Source: Parcubacteria group bacterium (GTDB lineage: Bacteria; Patescibacteriota; Minisyncoccia; Moranbacterales; UBA2206). From it: DNA of 64,000 nucleotides. Below are positions 30,710-40,281 of the stretch, in pieces (within the stretch, counting starts at the first letter, position 1; the number at the start of each line of letters is the position of its first letter). The position numbers were made by a program, and so were the translations under genes. Under the pieces are notes generated by a model, which made no database searches, had not been told where the DNA came from, and saw only the letters and a list, made by a program, of their open reading frames with translations. The stretch is from contig JBAZYF010000002.1 in the NCBI GenBank assembly GCA_041659505.1, positions 115,966-179,965 on the forward strand, written 5' to 3'.

Positions 30710-32452
30710 ATGGCACTTAATTCCGACCAGAAAAAATTTATTAAAAAAAATTGGGAAACGCTTTCCTTGGAAGAAATGGCGGCCGATTTGAGTTTGCCGA
30801 AAAAAACTATCTTGAAATATCTCAAAAATCATCTGCCAGAAAAAAAATTCCGGAATTTATTCAGTAATAATCCAACTACCAAAGATACGCCTCTTTCAAA
30901 AACAAATGACGGCTTTGAACTGAAAACATTCCTTTTGGAAAATATCAACTATTTCATCCTGTTTTTTGTTCTGATTTTTATCAGCTATCTTAATTCTTTC
31001 GATAATGCCTTTGTTTCTGATGACATTCTTGGAACACAAAAAAATGCCGCTTTGTCCGACTGGAGCTATCTGCGCTATCTTGCCTCCTGGAGCTTCTTGC
31101 CACACTTCATCTTGGTTAAATTCGGACTAATTGCTCCTTTTTATTTTCGCGCCGTAAATATTTTTTTTCACCTTGGATCAACTTGCCTCATTTTTATCAT
31201 TCTCACTCTTCTGGCTAAAAACAAGCCACTCGCTCTTTTTACCGCCCTGCTGTTCGCCGTCCACCCGATTCTAACCGAATCAATTTCTTGGATCTCCGCT
31301 CGTCCCTATGGCCAATATGCCTTTTTCTTTCTCGCCTCATTTCTCCTATACTTGCTCTCTTTTCAATCGATAAAAAATTCAAAAAAACTGCTAGTCTATT
31401 CTGGCACACTTTTTTTCTTTGCGCTCGTTTCTTCGGAAAAAGCGGTCGCTCTTTTTGCCATTTTTCCGCTCTATGAATTGGCCTTTGGCAATCTGAAAAA
31501 AAATTGGAAAAAATTTTTACCCTTCCTTATTGCTTCTGTCATTTTTACTTCAATCTATCTAACCAGAACGAGTCAAAGATTCTCTGATTTGAACACGCAA
31601 TATTATGCAGATGCCAGCGGACTGTATAACCCACTGGTGCAAATCCCCGTGGCTATCAGTTCCTACCTTGGCCTCATTTTTTGGCCACAAGGTCTCACGC
31701 TCTATCACACAGAATTGACTTTTAACACAATCGGCTATCTCGCTTGCCTTTCTGTCTTTCTTCTTTTTTCCGGCCTCGCTTACTATGGTTGGAAAAAAAA
31801 TCGCTTTGTCTTTTTTTGGCTTTCATTTTTCTTCATCTCTCTCACTCCAACACTCACTCCGCTCAAAGTTTCTTGGATCGTCGCTGAACGCTACGCCTAC
31901 ATCGGAACACTGGGCATCCTCGCCACTTTCGCTTACTTTTTTACATGGCTCTGGGAAAAATTTCCCCAAAAAAAAGTTTGGCTCTCTGCAATTTTTGCGC
32001 TGATAATTTTGGCGCTCTCCATCCGCACGATCGTGCGCAATATTGACTGGGACAATGAGGATAATCTTTGGATTTCCACGGGAAAAACCTCTCCATCCGG
32101 ACACGTCATCTACAACAACCTCGGCGATGTTTATGCCCGCCGGAAAGATTATGACCGAGCAATTTTAGAATTTAAACGAGCCACCGAAATTAACCCCCGC
32201 TACGCCGATGCTTATCATAATCTAGCCAACACCTACCAAGCGATGGGAAAAATAGATGAGGCCATTGCCGGCTACCAAAAAGCGCTGGAACTAAATCCGG
32301 CACTTTGGCAATCAGCTCAAAATCTCGCTTCGATTTACTTCACGCGAGGTGAGTTTGGAAAAGCGCATGAAGCAATCAAAAAAGCGGTCGAAATTAGTCC
32401 GACCGACCAGAACTTGCAAGCAAATTTAAAGTTGATTGAAAGCAAGTTATGA
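30710..32452 (+). CDS. TMTC-like GT-C glycosyltransferase with C-terminal TPRs
   Basis: AFVSDD, LFAVHPILTESISWISAR, AERYAY, RNIDW and 3-4 TPRs (YNNLG, YHNLA). Confidence 0.82.
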   Translation: MALNSDQKKFIKKNWETLSLEEMAADLSLPKKTILKYLKNHLPEKKFRNLFSNNPTTKDTPLSKTNDGFELKTFLLENINYFILFFVLIFISYLNSFDNAFVSDDILGTQKNAALSDWSYLRYLASWSFLPHFILVKFGLIAPFYFRAVNIFFHLGSTCLIFIILTLLAKNKPLALFTALLFAVHPILTESISWISARPYGQYAFFFLASFLLYLLSFQSIKNSKKLLVYSGTLFFFALVSSEKAVALFAIFPLYELAFGNLKKNWKKFLPFLIASVIFTSIYLTRTSQRFSDLNTQYYADASGLYNPLVQIPVAISSYLGLIFWPQGLTLYHTELTFNTIGYLACLSVFLLFSGLAYYGWKKNRFVFFWLSFFFISLTPTLTPLKVSWIVAERYAYIGTLGILATFAYFFTWLWEKFPQKKVWLSAIFALIILALSIRTIVRNIDWDNEDNLWISTGKTSPSGHVIYNNLGDVYARRKDYDRAILEFKRATEINPRYADAYHNLANTYQAMGKIDEAIAGYQKALELNPALWQSAQNLASIYFTRGEFGKAHEAIKKAVEISPTDQNLQANLKLIESKL

Positions 32453-32481
32453 CAGACGTAAATCAAGGATCTTCTCGAAAA

Positions 32482-33417
32482 TTATTTCCGCTTCCTCACG
32501 ATATACATCGGCCGATTAGTCACTTCAGCGTGGATGTTGGCGATGTAGAGCGCAATAAGCCCAAGACAAACAAGTACGATGCCAATCAAAAACAGAATTA
32601 CGACCGCTAAAATTGCCGGGCCGGAGAAATAAAGATTATTGGTTATATAGCGGTTAATCATGATGAAAATTCCCAGAAGCCCGGAAAAAAATGTGATAAT
32701 AATCCCCAGATAGCCAGCCAGCTTCAGAGGAAACAAGCTGAAGGAAATCATGCTATTAAACGCTAGCCGGACCAATTTCCAAAAATTATAGGCCGGAACA
32801 CCATGGATCCGCTCGTTGGCTTCGAAATAGATATATTCACGCCGAAAACCGAGCCAATCGATCAGCGCGCGCGTCATGCGATTTTTTTCCGTGAGCCGAT
32901 TGAACTCATCAATCACGATGCGATCCAACAAGCGAAAATCAGTTGCGCGCGTCACAATTTCCATGTCTGATATGCGATTGATCATTTTATAAAACAGATA
33001 GGAACCCATTCTTTTTATTAATTTTTCCTTCTTACTTTTCTCTCGCACGCCAACGACAACCTCCGCGCCTTTTTCCCATTTCGCGATAAATTCAGGAATT
33101 TTTTCGATCGGATGCTGGAGATCTGCATCTAAAATTATACAAGCTTCTCCGCGACAGCTGTTGATTCCAGCTGTCACTGCGATTTCCTTGCCAAAATTGC
33201 GGGAAAAATCCAAAACATTTATCCGAGCATCTTTCTCGGCAATTTTTTCTAATTCCAAAATACTCTTGTCACAACTGCCGTCATTTACAAAAATAAGCTC
33301 CCAAATATAAGGAAGTCTGTCGAGTACCGTTTGAATTTTGGCATAAAAAAGCGGAACGTTTTTTTCTTCGTTATAAAGCGGAACAACAATAGAAATCATT
33401 TTTTTTCCTGGTTCCAT
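32482..33417 (-). CDS. GtrB/DPM1-like polyprenyl-phosphate glycosyltransferase
   Basis: SIVVPLYNEE, SRNFGKE, DADLQHP, DFRLLDR and two C-terminal TMs; start refined. Confidence 0.9.
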   Translation of the reverse strand: MEPGKKMISIVVPLYNEEKNVPLFYAKIQTVLDRLPYIWELIFVNDGSCDKSILELEKIAEKDARINVLDFSRNFGKEIAVTAGINSCRGEACIILDADLQHPIEKIPEFIAKWEKGAEVVVGVREKSKKEKLIKRMGSYLFYKMINRISDMEIVTRATDFRLLDRIVIDEFNRLTEKNRMTRALIDWLGFRREYIYFEANERIHGVPAYNFWKLVRLAFNSMISFSLFPLKLAGYLGIIITFFSGLLGIFIMINRYITNNLYFSGPAILAVVILFLIGIVLVCLGLIALYIANIHAEVTNRPMYIVRKRK

Positions 33418-33421
33418 ATAT

Positions 33422-34687
33422 TTATGCGGGCTCTTTAGTAAACGAGTTAAAGACAAAAGGCAGCGCGCTGAGCAACGCGACTGTTTGAGCAATAATGCCT
33501 ATGGCCAGTATAGCAGAAATCGTATGACCGAAAAAGAGCATCGCGCTGGCCGCCGAAACAGCCACAAAGAGCATTCCGTAAACCACCTTCACTCGTTGCA
33601 AGGAAAGCAAATATTGCAAAGTCAAGTTCACTAGAGAAAACAGCACCACCATAATCGCAAACCAGCCTAAATAAGCCGAAACCGCGTTATATTTCGCGCC
33701 AAAAAGCAAAGACAGAATCAATTTTGGCGCCATAAAATAGACTGCGATAGAAATGACAGACACGATAGTCATCAGAGTGAAGGCCTGCAGGAAAAGTTTT
33801 TTTGTGTTGCCATTCTTATGATTATGTTCCGCCGACATGGAAAAAAGCACGGAAGCAATCACGCCGGTCGCAAAAAAAATAATTTTGGAAACAATCGTGA
33901 GCGCTCCATATTGCCCCGCAGAAATATCGTCAAGATTATGTTTGGCCAGAACCATATCCAAATTACCCAAAGCATTGATCGCCAGATTACCGAGAAAAAA
34001 AGTCATCACCGTAGTTTTCATCGCTCCCAAATTGAGCTCACTGATTTCGTGCTCATCATTTTTTCCGGCCACAAAAATGAATTTAAGACAAATGAGCGCG
34101 ATAACATAGGTCGCGACAGCAGACAAGAAAAAACTGAACATCAATCCGTTAATTTTAAGTCCGATAGCGATAAAAATCAAAGCGGAAAAGAGCTTCAGAG
34201 CACCACCGGCAATCGCGGCCCAGCTTGATTCCTTGAATTTTTGCCAACCGGAAAGCATCCCGGAAGCCCCGGCAGAAAAAAGCGAAAGGAGCATCGAAGT
34301 CCAAACAATGATCAGTGGTAGTGTGCTTTCAATATTAAGGAATCGGCTGATAAGCGGAGTAAGGAGAATTGTCACGAGAAAAATCGGTACGCCATATTGC
34401 ACGACTTTTTTGTTGAAATAACGCAAAAGTTCATAACTCCTTTTTTTGTCATTTTGCGCTTTACACTGCGCGGCATATTTCGTCATCACCATGACAAGCG
34501 TCGCCGCGGGAACGGAGATGATCATCATCAGCGAAATGAGCGACTCCGTCTCGCCATAAACCGCCACGCTCACCATTCTTCCCACTACCAAGTGGAAAAT
34601 GTAATTGAGCACGTTATTCACCATACTGCCGGAAAACAGCACGAAGCTGTTCCAGGCAAAAGCGTTGTTACGAAATTTTTTGAGCAT
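33422..34687 (-). CDS. Polysaccharide flippase (Wzx/MOP family)
   Basis: About 12 TMs and LDMVLAKH..AGQYGA motif. Confidence 0.82.
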   Translation of the reverse strand: MLKKFRNNAFAWNSFVLFSGSMVNNVLNYIFHLVVGRMVSVAVYGETESLISLMMIISVPAATLVMVMTKYAAQCKAQNDKKRSYELLRYFNKKVVQYGVPIFLVTILLTPLISRFLNIESTLPLIIVWTSMLLSLFSAGASGMLSGWQKFKESSWAAIAGGALKLFSALIFIAIGLKINGLMFSFFLSAVATYVIALICLKFIFVAGKNDEHEISELNLGAMKTTVMTFFLGNLAINALGNLDMVLAKHNLDDISAGQYGALTIVSKIIFFATGVIASVLFSMSAEHNHKNGNTKKLFLQAFTLMTIVSVISIAVYFMAPKLILSLLFGAKYNAVSAYLGWFAIMVVLFSLVNLTLQYLLSLQRVKVVYGMLFVAVSAASAMLFFGHTISAILAIGIIAQTVALLSALPFVFNSFTKEPA

Positions 34688-34707
34688 AATTGTTTAACTG
34701 CAGTGTC

Positions 34708-34730
34708 GGTTCAAGTCTCTGACTTGAACC
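34708..34730. repeat. Perfect intergenic hairpin GGTTCAAGTC-TCT-GACTTGAACC
   Basis: 10-bp stem with 3-nt loop. Confidence 0.7.
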
Positions 34731-34771
34731 ATTTATTTCTTACTCAACTAAGCATCTACAAAAAGTCGCAT

Positions 34772-35725
34772 TTATTTCACCTTGTAGTACTGTTTGTACC
34801 ACTCCACAAAATTAGCGATCCCCTTCTCAATTCTGGTCGTCGGCTTCCAACCCAGCTTTCGCAGTTTTTTAATATCGGCCACCGTTGAAGGTACATCGCC
34901 CGGTTGGATCGGCATCAAATTTTTCTTCGCAATCTTCCTCACATTTTTTTCAATCACTTCAATAAAACGCAAAAGGGTTTCTTCCTTGTCGCCACCAATA
35001 TTCATCACGCCGTAACCCGTACATTTGTCGAGCACAGTGAGCGTGCCGGACACAATGTCATCAACATAGGTAAAATTGCGACTCATTTTGCCATAATTAT
35101 ACACTTTAATCGGTTCGCCTTTGGTGATCGCATCTGTAAACAGGAACAATGCCATATCCGGCCGACCCCACGGGCCATAGACGGTAAAAAATCGGAGCGC
35201 CGTGATGTTAAGTCCGTAGATGTGGCTGTAGGTATGCGCAATGAGTTCGTCCGCTTTCTTGGAAGCGGCATAAGGAGAGATTGGCGTGTCCACCGGATCA
35301 GATTCGGAAAAAGGCACTTTTTTGTTGTTGCCATAAACCGAAGAGGATGAGGCAAAAACAAAATTTTTAATTTTATATTTAACCGCGGCTTCCAAAAGAT
35401 TAAGACTGCCCATAATATTCACATCCGCATATAGTTTTGGATTGAGCAGTGAATTGCGCACGCCGGCCATTGCCGCCAAATGAATCACTTTGTCCAATTT
35501 TTCTTTTTTGAATATCTTGTCGATCAATTTTTCATCTCGAATATCTCCACGATAAAGTTTAAATTTATACCCCTTAAGAAATTTTTTAATGCGCGCTTCT
35601 TTCAGCGATGGGTCATAATAATCATTGAAATTATCAATAATCACAACTTCATCGCCCCGATCGATCAGCGCCTTCGTGCATGCCGACCCAATAAACCCCG
35701 CCCCTCCGGTAATCAGTACCTTCAT
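34772..35725 (-). CDS. UDP-glucuronate 4-epimerase-like SDR
   Basis: HLAAMAGVR, ASSSSVYG, YAASKK and LRFFTVYGPWGRPDMA. Confidence 0.9.
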   Translation of the reverse strand: MKVLITGGAGFIGSACTKALIDRGDEVVIIDNFNDYYDPSLKEARIKKFLKGYKFKLYRGDIRDEKLIDKIFKKEKLDKVIHLAAMAGVRNSLLNPKLYADVNIMGSLNLLEAAVKYKIKNFVFASSSSVYGNNKKVPFSESDPVDTPISPYAASKKADELIAHTYSHIYGLNITALRFFTVYGPWGRPDMALFLFTDAITKGEPIKVYNYGKMSRNFTYVDDIVSGTLTVLDKCTGYGVMNIGGDKEETLLRFIEVIEKNVRKIAKKNLMPIQPGDVPSTVADIKKLRKLGWKPTTRIEKGIANFVEWYKQYYKVK

Positions 35726-35753
35726 AGTTTTAATTTATGCTTAAGAAATTAAA

Positions 35754-36827
35754 TTACACATCTTCCATTTTTTTATACCACTCGGGCATCAGGTTAAATA
35801 TCTCTGCTTGACGCCTGACACCTTCTCGATAATCCATTTGCGGCTCATACCCTAATTGGGTTCTTGCCTTGGTAATGTCTGCACTAGTTGCCACATCCCC
35901 AGGATCCGCATCAACAATTTCATACTTTACCGATTCGCCAAGGGCGTCTCCAACTGCATCAAACCAGCTTTTTAGTGGAATTACGTCCGACGTCCCAATA
36001 TTATAGGCATTGTATCCAATATTTTTATCTAAACACAACAGAAGTCCATCCACCTCGTCATCAATATAAGTAAAATCCTTGGCTGTCTCCAATCCTTTGA
36101 TTCCATATACAGTCAGCGTTTTACTATTGTGTACATAATTAATAAGCCGTTGGATAAGCATGCCGAAAGGACGCTGTAAAGGGCCATAGATAGGGCCAAA
36201 AATTCGAGCAATAGCAATGTTCAGTCCAAAAAGCTTGAAAAACGCATGGCTCAGTACCTCAACCGCAGATTTTGTGGCTCCGTAAACTGACCATGGATAG
36301 GACACGCCTTCTTCTTCCTTGACCTTATGATCTTTTTGCCCATAGGCCGAAGCAGTAGAGGCAAACACAAATTGTTTGATTCCAAATTCTTTTGACAATT
36401 CCAACAAATTAACTGAACCATCAACATTCACCTGCGTATAGAGTCGGGGTTGTTTTGCTGAAAGTGGGACACCAGCCATAGCCGCCAGATGAATAATCGC
36501 GTCTGGCTTGTGCGTTTCGAATAGATTTCTAAGCTTGTCAAAATCAACAATATCCACTTCTTCAAAAACAAACTTTCCTGGCGTGGCATCTGTCTTGGGA
36601 TAATAGGTAGAAAGTTTTTCGTGCACAGGATTTATTTCTTCAACTTTTGTAAACTCAATAGGCTTATTGGCGGTGAGATTAATCAAGTCCAAATTAAACT
36701 CCTTGCAAACGCGAGGATAATATTCTTGAAAATTATCAATTGCAACGACATCATCGCCCCGACGAATAAGCGCCCGCGAGACATAGCTGCCAATAAACCC
36801 AGCCCCGCCTGTTACAAGTACTTTCAT
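35754..36827 (-). CDS. Divergent NAD-dependent epimerase/dehydratase
   Basis: [22 protein letters not shown] and DFTYIDD. Confidence 0.85.
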   Translation of the reverse strand: MKVLVTGGAGFIGSYVSRALIRRGDDVVAIDNFQEYYPRVCKEFNLDLINLTANKPIEFTKVEEINPVHEKLSTYYPKTDATPGKFVFEEVDIVDFDKLRNLFETHKPDAIIHLAAMAGVPLSAKQPRLYTQVNVDGSVNLLELSKEFGIKQFVFASTASAYGQKDHKVKEEEGVSYPWSVYGATKSAVEVLSHAFFKLFGLNIAIARIFGPIYGPLQRPFGMLIQRLINYVHNSKTLTVYGIKGLETAKDFTYIDDEVDGLLLCLDKNIGYNAYNIGTSDVIPLKSWFDAVGDALGESVKYEIVDADPGDVATSADITKARTQLGYEPQMDYREGVRRQAEIFNLMPEWYKKMEDV

Positions 36828-36910
36828 GATTTTTTGCTGATTTTATTAGTTAAAATTATCATCAAACACTCACCTCCTAATATTAGCCTACTTGAGAAAA
36901 TATTGGAAGA

Positions 36911-36939
36911 TTGACGAATCCAGTAATCTGTGCTAGGTT
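36911..36939 (+). promoter_or_regulatory. Putative sigma70 promoter TTGACG-17-TAGGTT with TG
   Basis: Spacing and extended -10 read directly. Confidence 0.45.
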
Positions 36940-37022
36940 ATAAAATCAAAACTGTATGGATTGAATATTGCCGACCGGAGAGAAGCCGGTTCTTTGTAAA
37001 CAACTATAAAGGAGGAAAGTGT

Positions 37023-37403
37023 ATGTCTGTTACCATAATCGAAAATGAATGGATTAAAAACGATGCCCTATTGGAGACAGCTCTCAATAAAATCGTCAAG
37101 AGAGTGACACAAACAATGCCACCAACCATCATCGCACTGAAAAAAAATGGCATAACCAACACTAATGATTACAGAATAGTCCGCGAGGATAGAGAATGGC
37201 TAATTTCGCTGTTTGGCAGGAAGTTTCTACCTGTCACAGTGATAAAAGAAGTTCTTCTTGTTGTAAGTCGCAACGAGAGTTACCGTGGCTTCGAATGTCA
37301 CGTAAATCATCCTGACATTTTTGCAATCGTACTCGAGGAAATAGAAAGATTTTATGAGTTAAGCGGGAAAGATGTGGTCGTAATGAAGCAATATCTGAAA
37401 TAA
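37023..37403 (+). CDS. Hypothetical 126-aa protein
   Basis: AAAGGAGG RBS before ATG 37023; has its own promoter and terminator. Confidence 0.7.
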   Translation: MSVTIIENEWIKNDALLETALNKIVKRVTQTMPPTIIALKKNGITNTNDYRIVREDREWLISLFGRKFLPVTVIKEVLLVVSRNESYRGFECHVNHPDIFAIVLEEIERFYELSGKDVVVMKQYLK

Positions 37404-37446
37404 CCCCCTTCGACACTTCCCGCACCATTCTTTTCATTCTCCGGCC

Positions 37447-37489
37447 GAAGCTACATTTCCTATCCATGGATGTGTAGCTTCTTTATTTT
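37447..37489 (+). terminator. Intrinsic terminator GAAGCTACA...TGTAGCTTC plus T-tract
   Basis: 9-bp stem followed by TTTATTTT. Confidence 0.65.
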
Positions 37490-37501
37490 AAAAAGAACTT
37501 T

Positions 37502-38680
37502 TTACAATTTTGACTTTAGATATTTATAATACTCCCAGCTATGGCTATTTTTATTCGTATAATCTTTGAGGGTTTTTTCTCTTGCCCGCTCGCCCATTGC
37601 ATGACGTAAATTTTTGGCTTCAATCAAACGCCCCAATTTCTCCGTCCATTCTAGCTCATTTCCAGCCAAAAATCCAGTCACGCCGTCTTCGATTGCGCCG
37701 CGGTATGTCTGCGTTGCCGCCGCGATTGTGGGCACTTTCATGATGGCAGCTTCAAAAAATTTCAACTCCGAGCGAGCTTCGCAAAATGGATTGCCAATTT
37801 CCAGTGGGACAATGTTAATGTCAACACTGGCAATATTGGCAAAATGTTTTTCACGCGGGACAAATGAAAATTGTTTTATTCTATCGCTAAATTTATTAAG
37901 TGAGCTCTCGACATCCAATGGGCCCACTAAAAATAATTCTACGTGGCTATATTTTTCCATGACCTGCATAAGCGCTCCTGTTATTGTTGCGAAATCTCGA
38001 TTGTGGGAATGAGTGCCAGAAAAATAGCCTATTCTGACGGTCCCCTTTCCACCTGAAAATGAAGTTTCGAGAATCTTATCAGCATTTGATAAGTCTTTCT
38101 CGGAAAGTTTATTGGAAACAATGAAAACTTGCTTGCCAAGTTCGCGCATTTTTTCTGCCAAAAATGAAGTTGAGACAGTGCAAACTTTCACATATGCATC
38201 ATTCACAAGCTCCACTCCCAAACCTTTTTCATAGAATTTTTTCATTCCGGCATTGCTGTTTGAGAAAAAATCCTGTGTTTTAATATATTTAGGGTCAAAA
38301 ACAAGATCATCGGTTTCAAAAATAATTTCCTTTTTTTGTGCTTTTATCCTTTCAACCAATTTGGCTATCTGCGGGATGTTAGTGGTTTTATGAAAAATAA
38401 ATATTTTGAACCGATCCGCACACTTGGAAAGCGCCGGGTGTTCTTGAACGGTAAAACTGCATCTGAAGCCATGCATTTTGAGTTCCTCCGCGATATGCCG
38501 AACTCGATAACGCGAACTATCCCCTACCGCTCCGCTTGAAATGAAAAGAATATCCCCCGATCCAACCGGACGCAACACGAAAAAAAATCCTGTTAAAATC
38601 TTTTTCAAGCCACCAAAAAAACCATCCTGCTGAAGCACAGAAAAAATCTTTCCCGTATAGCGGCTAACTACATCATTCAT
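37502..38680 (-). CDS. GT4-like glycosyltransferase
   Basis: FETDDLVFD, IGYFSG and PFCEARSELKFFEAA. Confidence 0.85.
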   Translation of the reverse strand: MNDVVSRYTGKIFSVLQQDGFFGGLKKILTGFFFVLRPVGSGDILFISSGAVGDSSRYRVRHIAEELKMHGFRCSFTVQEHPALSKCADRFKIFIFHKTTNIPQIAKLVERIKAQKKEIIFETDDLVFDPKYIKTQDFFSNSNAGMKKFYEKGLGVELVNDAYVKVCTVSTSFLAEKMRELGKQVFIVSNKLSEKDLSNADKILETSFSGGKGTVRIGYFSGTHSHNRDFATITGALMQVMEKYSHVELFLVGPLDVESSLNKFSDRIKQFSFVPREKHFANIASVDINIVPLEIGNPFCEARSELKFFEAAIMKVPTIAAATQTYRGAIEDGVTGFLAGNELEWTEKLGRLIEAKNLRHAMGERAREKTLKDYTNKNSHSWEYYKYLKSKL

Positions 38681-40140
38681 TGTTTTGTTTCTTCTTTAAC
38701 TTCAAAATTCAAATCGCTATTCATTATCTGTTCTTGATTGAACTCGCCGTCTTTTGTTTTTACGTGGACCTTAACTGGAATATCTGAAACACCGGATTGT
38801 TTTTGAATGAGCAGCTTGTAATTATCACGCGGAAATTCAGCCGGCAATTCATATTTGATTTTCACATCAGTCTGTCCGCCAATCAGCACGTGCCCCATGA
38901 AACCAATCCAGGATTTGCCAAAATCTTCGCCGGCGCTGATATTGTTCATCATTACCCGCTCCAAAAGCGTGGCGCCTTTGGGCAGATAGAGTCGCATATA
39001 GGTGTGATAGTCGCTGGTGCGCCAATCGCCATATGGCGCGGTGTTTTTGTAGAGAATCTCTAGATTGACCGTCGGTTTTTCCGTCGTGAGATCAATGTCG
39101 TAGGTGATTTCCCTCTTTATGTAGTAATCGGTTTTCAACGCGCCCATATTAGCATCCACCATCATCAGGTAATCGCCACTCCAATCCTGCGCCATCTCTC
39201 CGGTCCAAAAAACACTGGAGGAAAGCGACTGCAAACTTTGATCCTTGAAATTAACCATCACGTTTTTGGATTGAAATTCTTGATGCGCCAGATCGGTCAG
39301 CTTGGAAATATTACCTAAAGTGAAAAGTTTGTTAATAATGATCGGCAATAATTGTTTCATGATTGCTTTGCGGTTTTGCGTATCAATATCCGGGTTCATG
39401 ATATATTGCTTTTCGACCACTTCTTCCAATTTGAGAAAACCGTTATCTGAATTGAGCTCTACGTTGTAACCAGGCACGCTGATTGGTCCGGTCAATTTCA
39501 AAATATCATTGAGCACGGTGGCATTGACCGCAATCACGCCATCAAAATCTCCAGTTCCCCGGCCACTCAAGCGATAAAAATATTCGGCCTTAGCAACATT
39601 AGTGGGAAAATCCGGTGAGAAATTAGAATCGCGGAATTTCCAATTTTTGAGTTGCATCATCCGTTCGAAGGGATAGGGAGTCGGGATTTTCGCCTTGATC
39701 CGTTGATCTAAAAGATTGGCATCTTCGAAATAGGACGAAACGACTTCGCCATCTTTTATTTTAATGATGGCATATTGCCCCAAAAAGCCTCCACCAGGAC
39801 GCAATTCCATATTGTTTTGCAAAAGAAGCATAAAAGTTTTTGTCGTTCCGTCTTTTTTAGTGAAATTCTCCACTAGCGTATTTAAAACGGACAACTCTTT
39901 TTGCTCATCCTTAGTGATCGGCAAAAGACCGGAAATTTTATTCAATGCCGACAAGGTTTTCACGCCAATAATCTGTTTATTGCTTTTCACAAAAGAAAAG
40001 ATAAAAAAGCAGACTAAGATGAAAACGACAAAAAAACTCAACCGGATCACGTTTTTTTTACGCAGAAATCTTTTTAGGGCTAAAAAGAACCGCACGCGAA
40101 AACCTCTGGATCGCCCAGGCTCAAAACTTATTTTTGACAT
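38677..40140 (-). CDS. DUF4012 domain membrane-anchored protein
   Basis: LLQNNMELRPGGGFLG, RDSNFSPDFP, DGVIAV and QKQSG. Confidence 0.88.
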   Translation of the reverse strand: MSKISFEPGRSRGFRVRFFLALKRFLRKKNVIRLSFFVVFILVCFFIFSFVKSNKQIIGVKTLSALNKISGLLPITKDEQKELSVLNTLVENFTKKDGTTKTFMLLLQNNMELRPGGGFLGQYAIIKIKDGEVVSSYFEDANLLDQRIKAKIPTPYPFERMMQLKNWKFRDSNFSPDFPTNVAKAEYFYRLSGRGTGDFDGVIAVNATVLNDILKLTGPISVPGYNVELNSDNGFLKLEEVVEKQYIMNPDIDTQNRKAIMKQLLPIIINKLFTLGNISKLTDLAHQEFQSKNVMVNFKDQSLQSLSSSVFWTGEMAQDWSGDYLMMVDANMGALKTDYYIKREITYDIDLTTEKPTVNLEILYKNTAPYGDWRTSDYHTYMRLYLPKGATLLERVMMNNISAGEDFGKSWIGFMGHVLIGGQTDVKIKYELPAEFPRDNYKLLIQKQSGVSDIPVKVHVKTKDGEFNQEQIMNSDLNFEVKEETKQ

Positions 40141-40281
40141 AAAGTAATAATTTTCTTTTTATGATAAAGAGAAAACTTGTTTTAAATCTTAAAAAATACA
40201 TCCAAAACTCCTGCTAAATATTAGCACTTTTAGTCTAAACTGTCCAACCATGCCAACCAATAATACTTACCTAGAGAATCA

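Noticed and set aside
34700-34740. tRNA T-loop-like GGTTCAAGTC
   Set aside because: It is half of a perfect palindrome, with no cloverleaf or CCA end.
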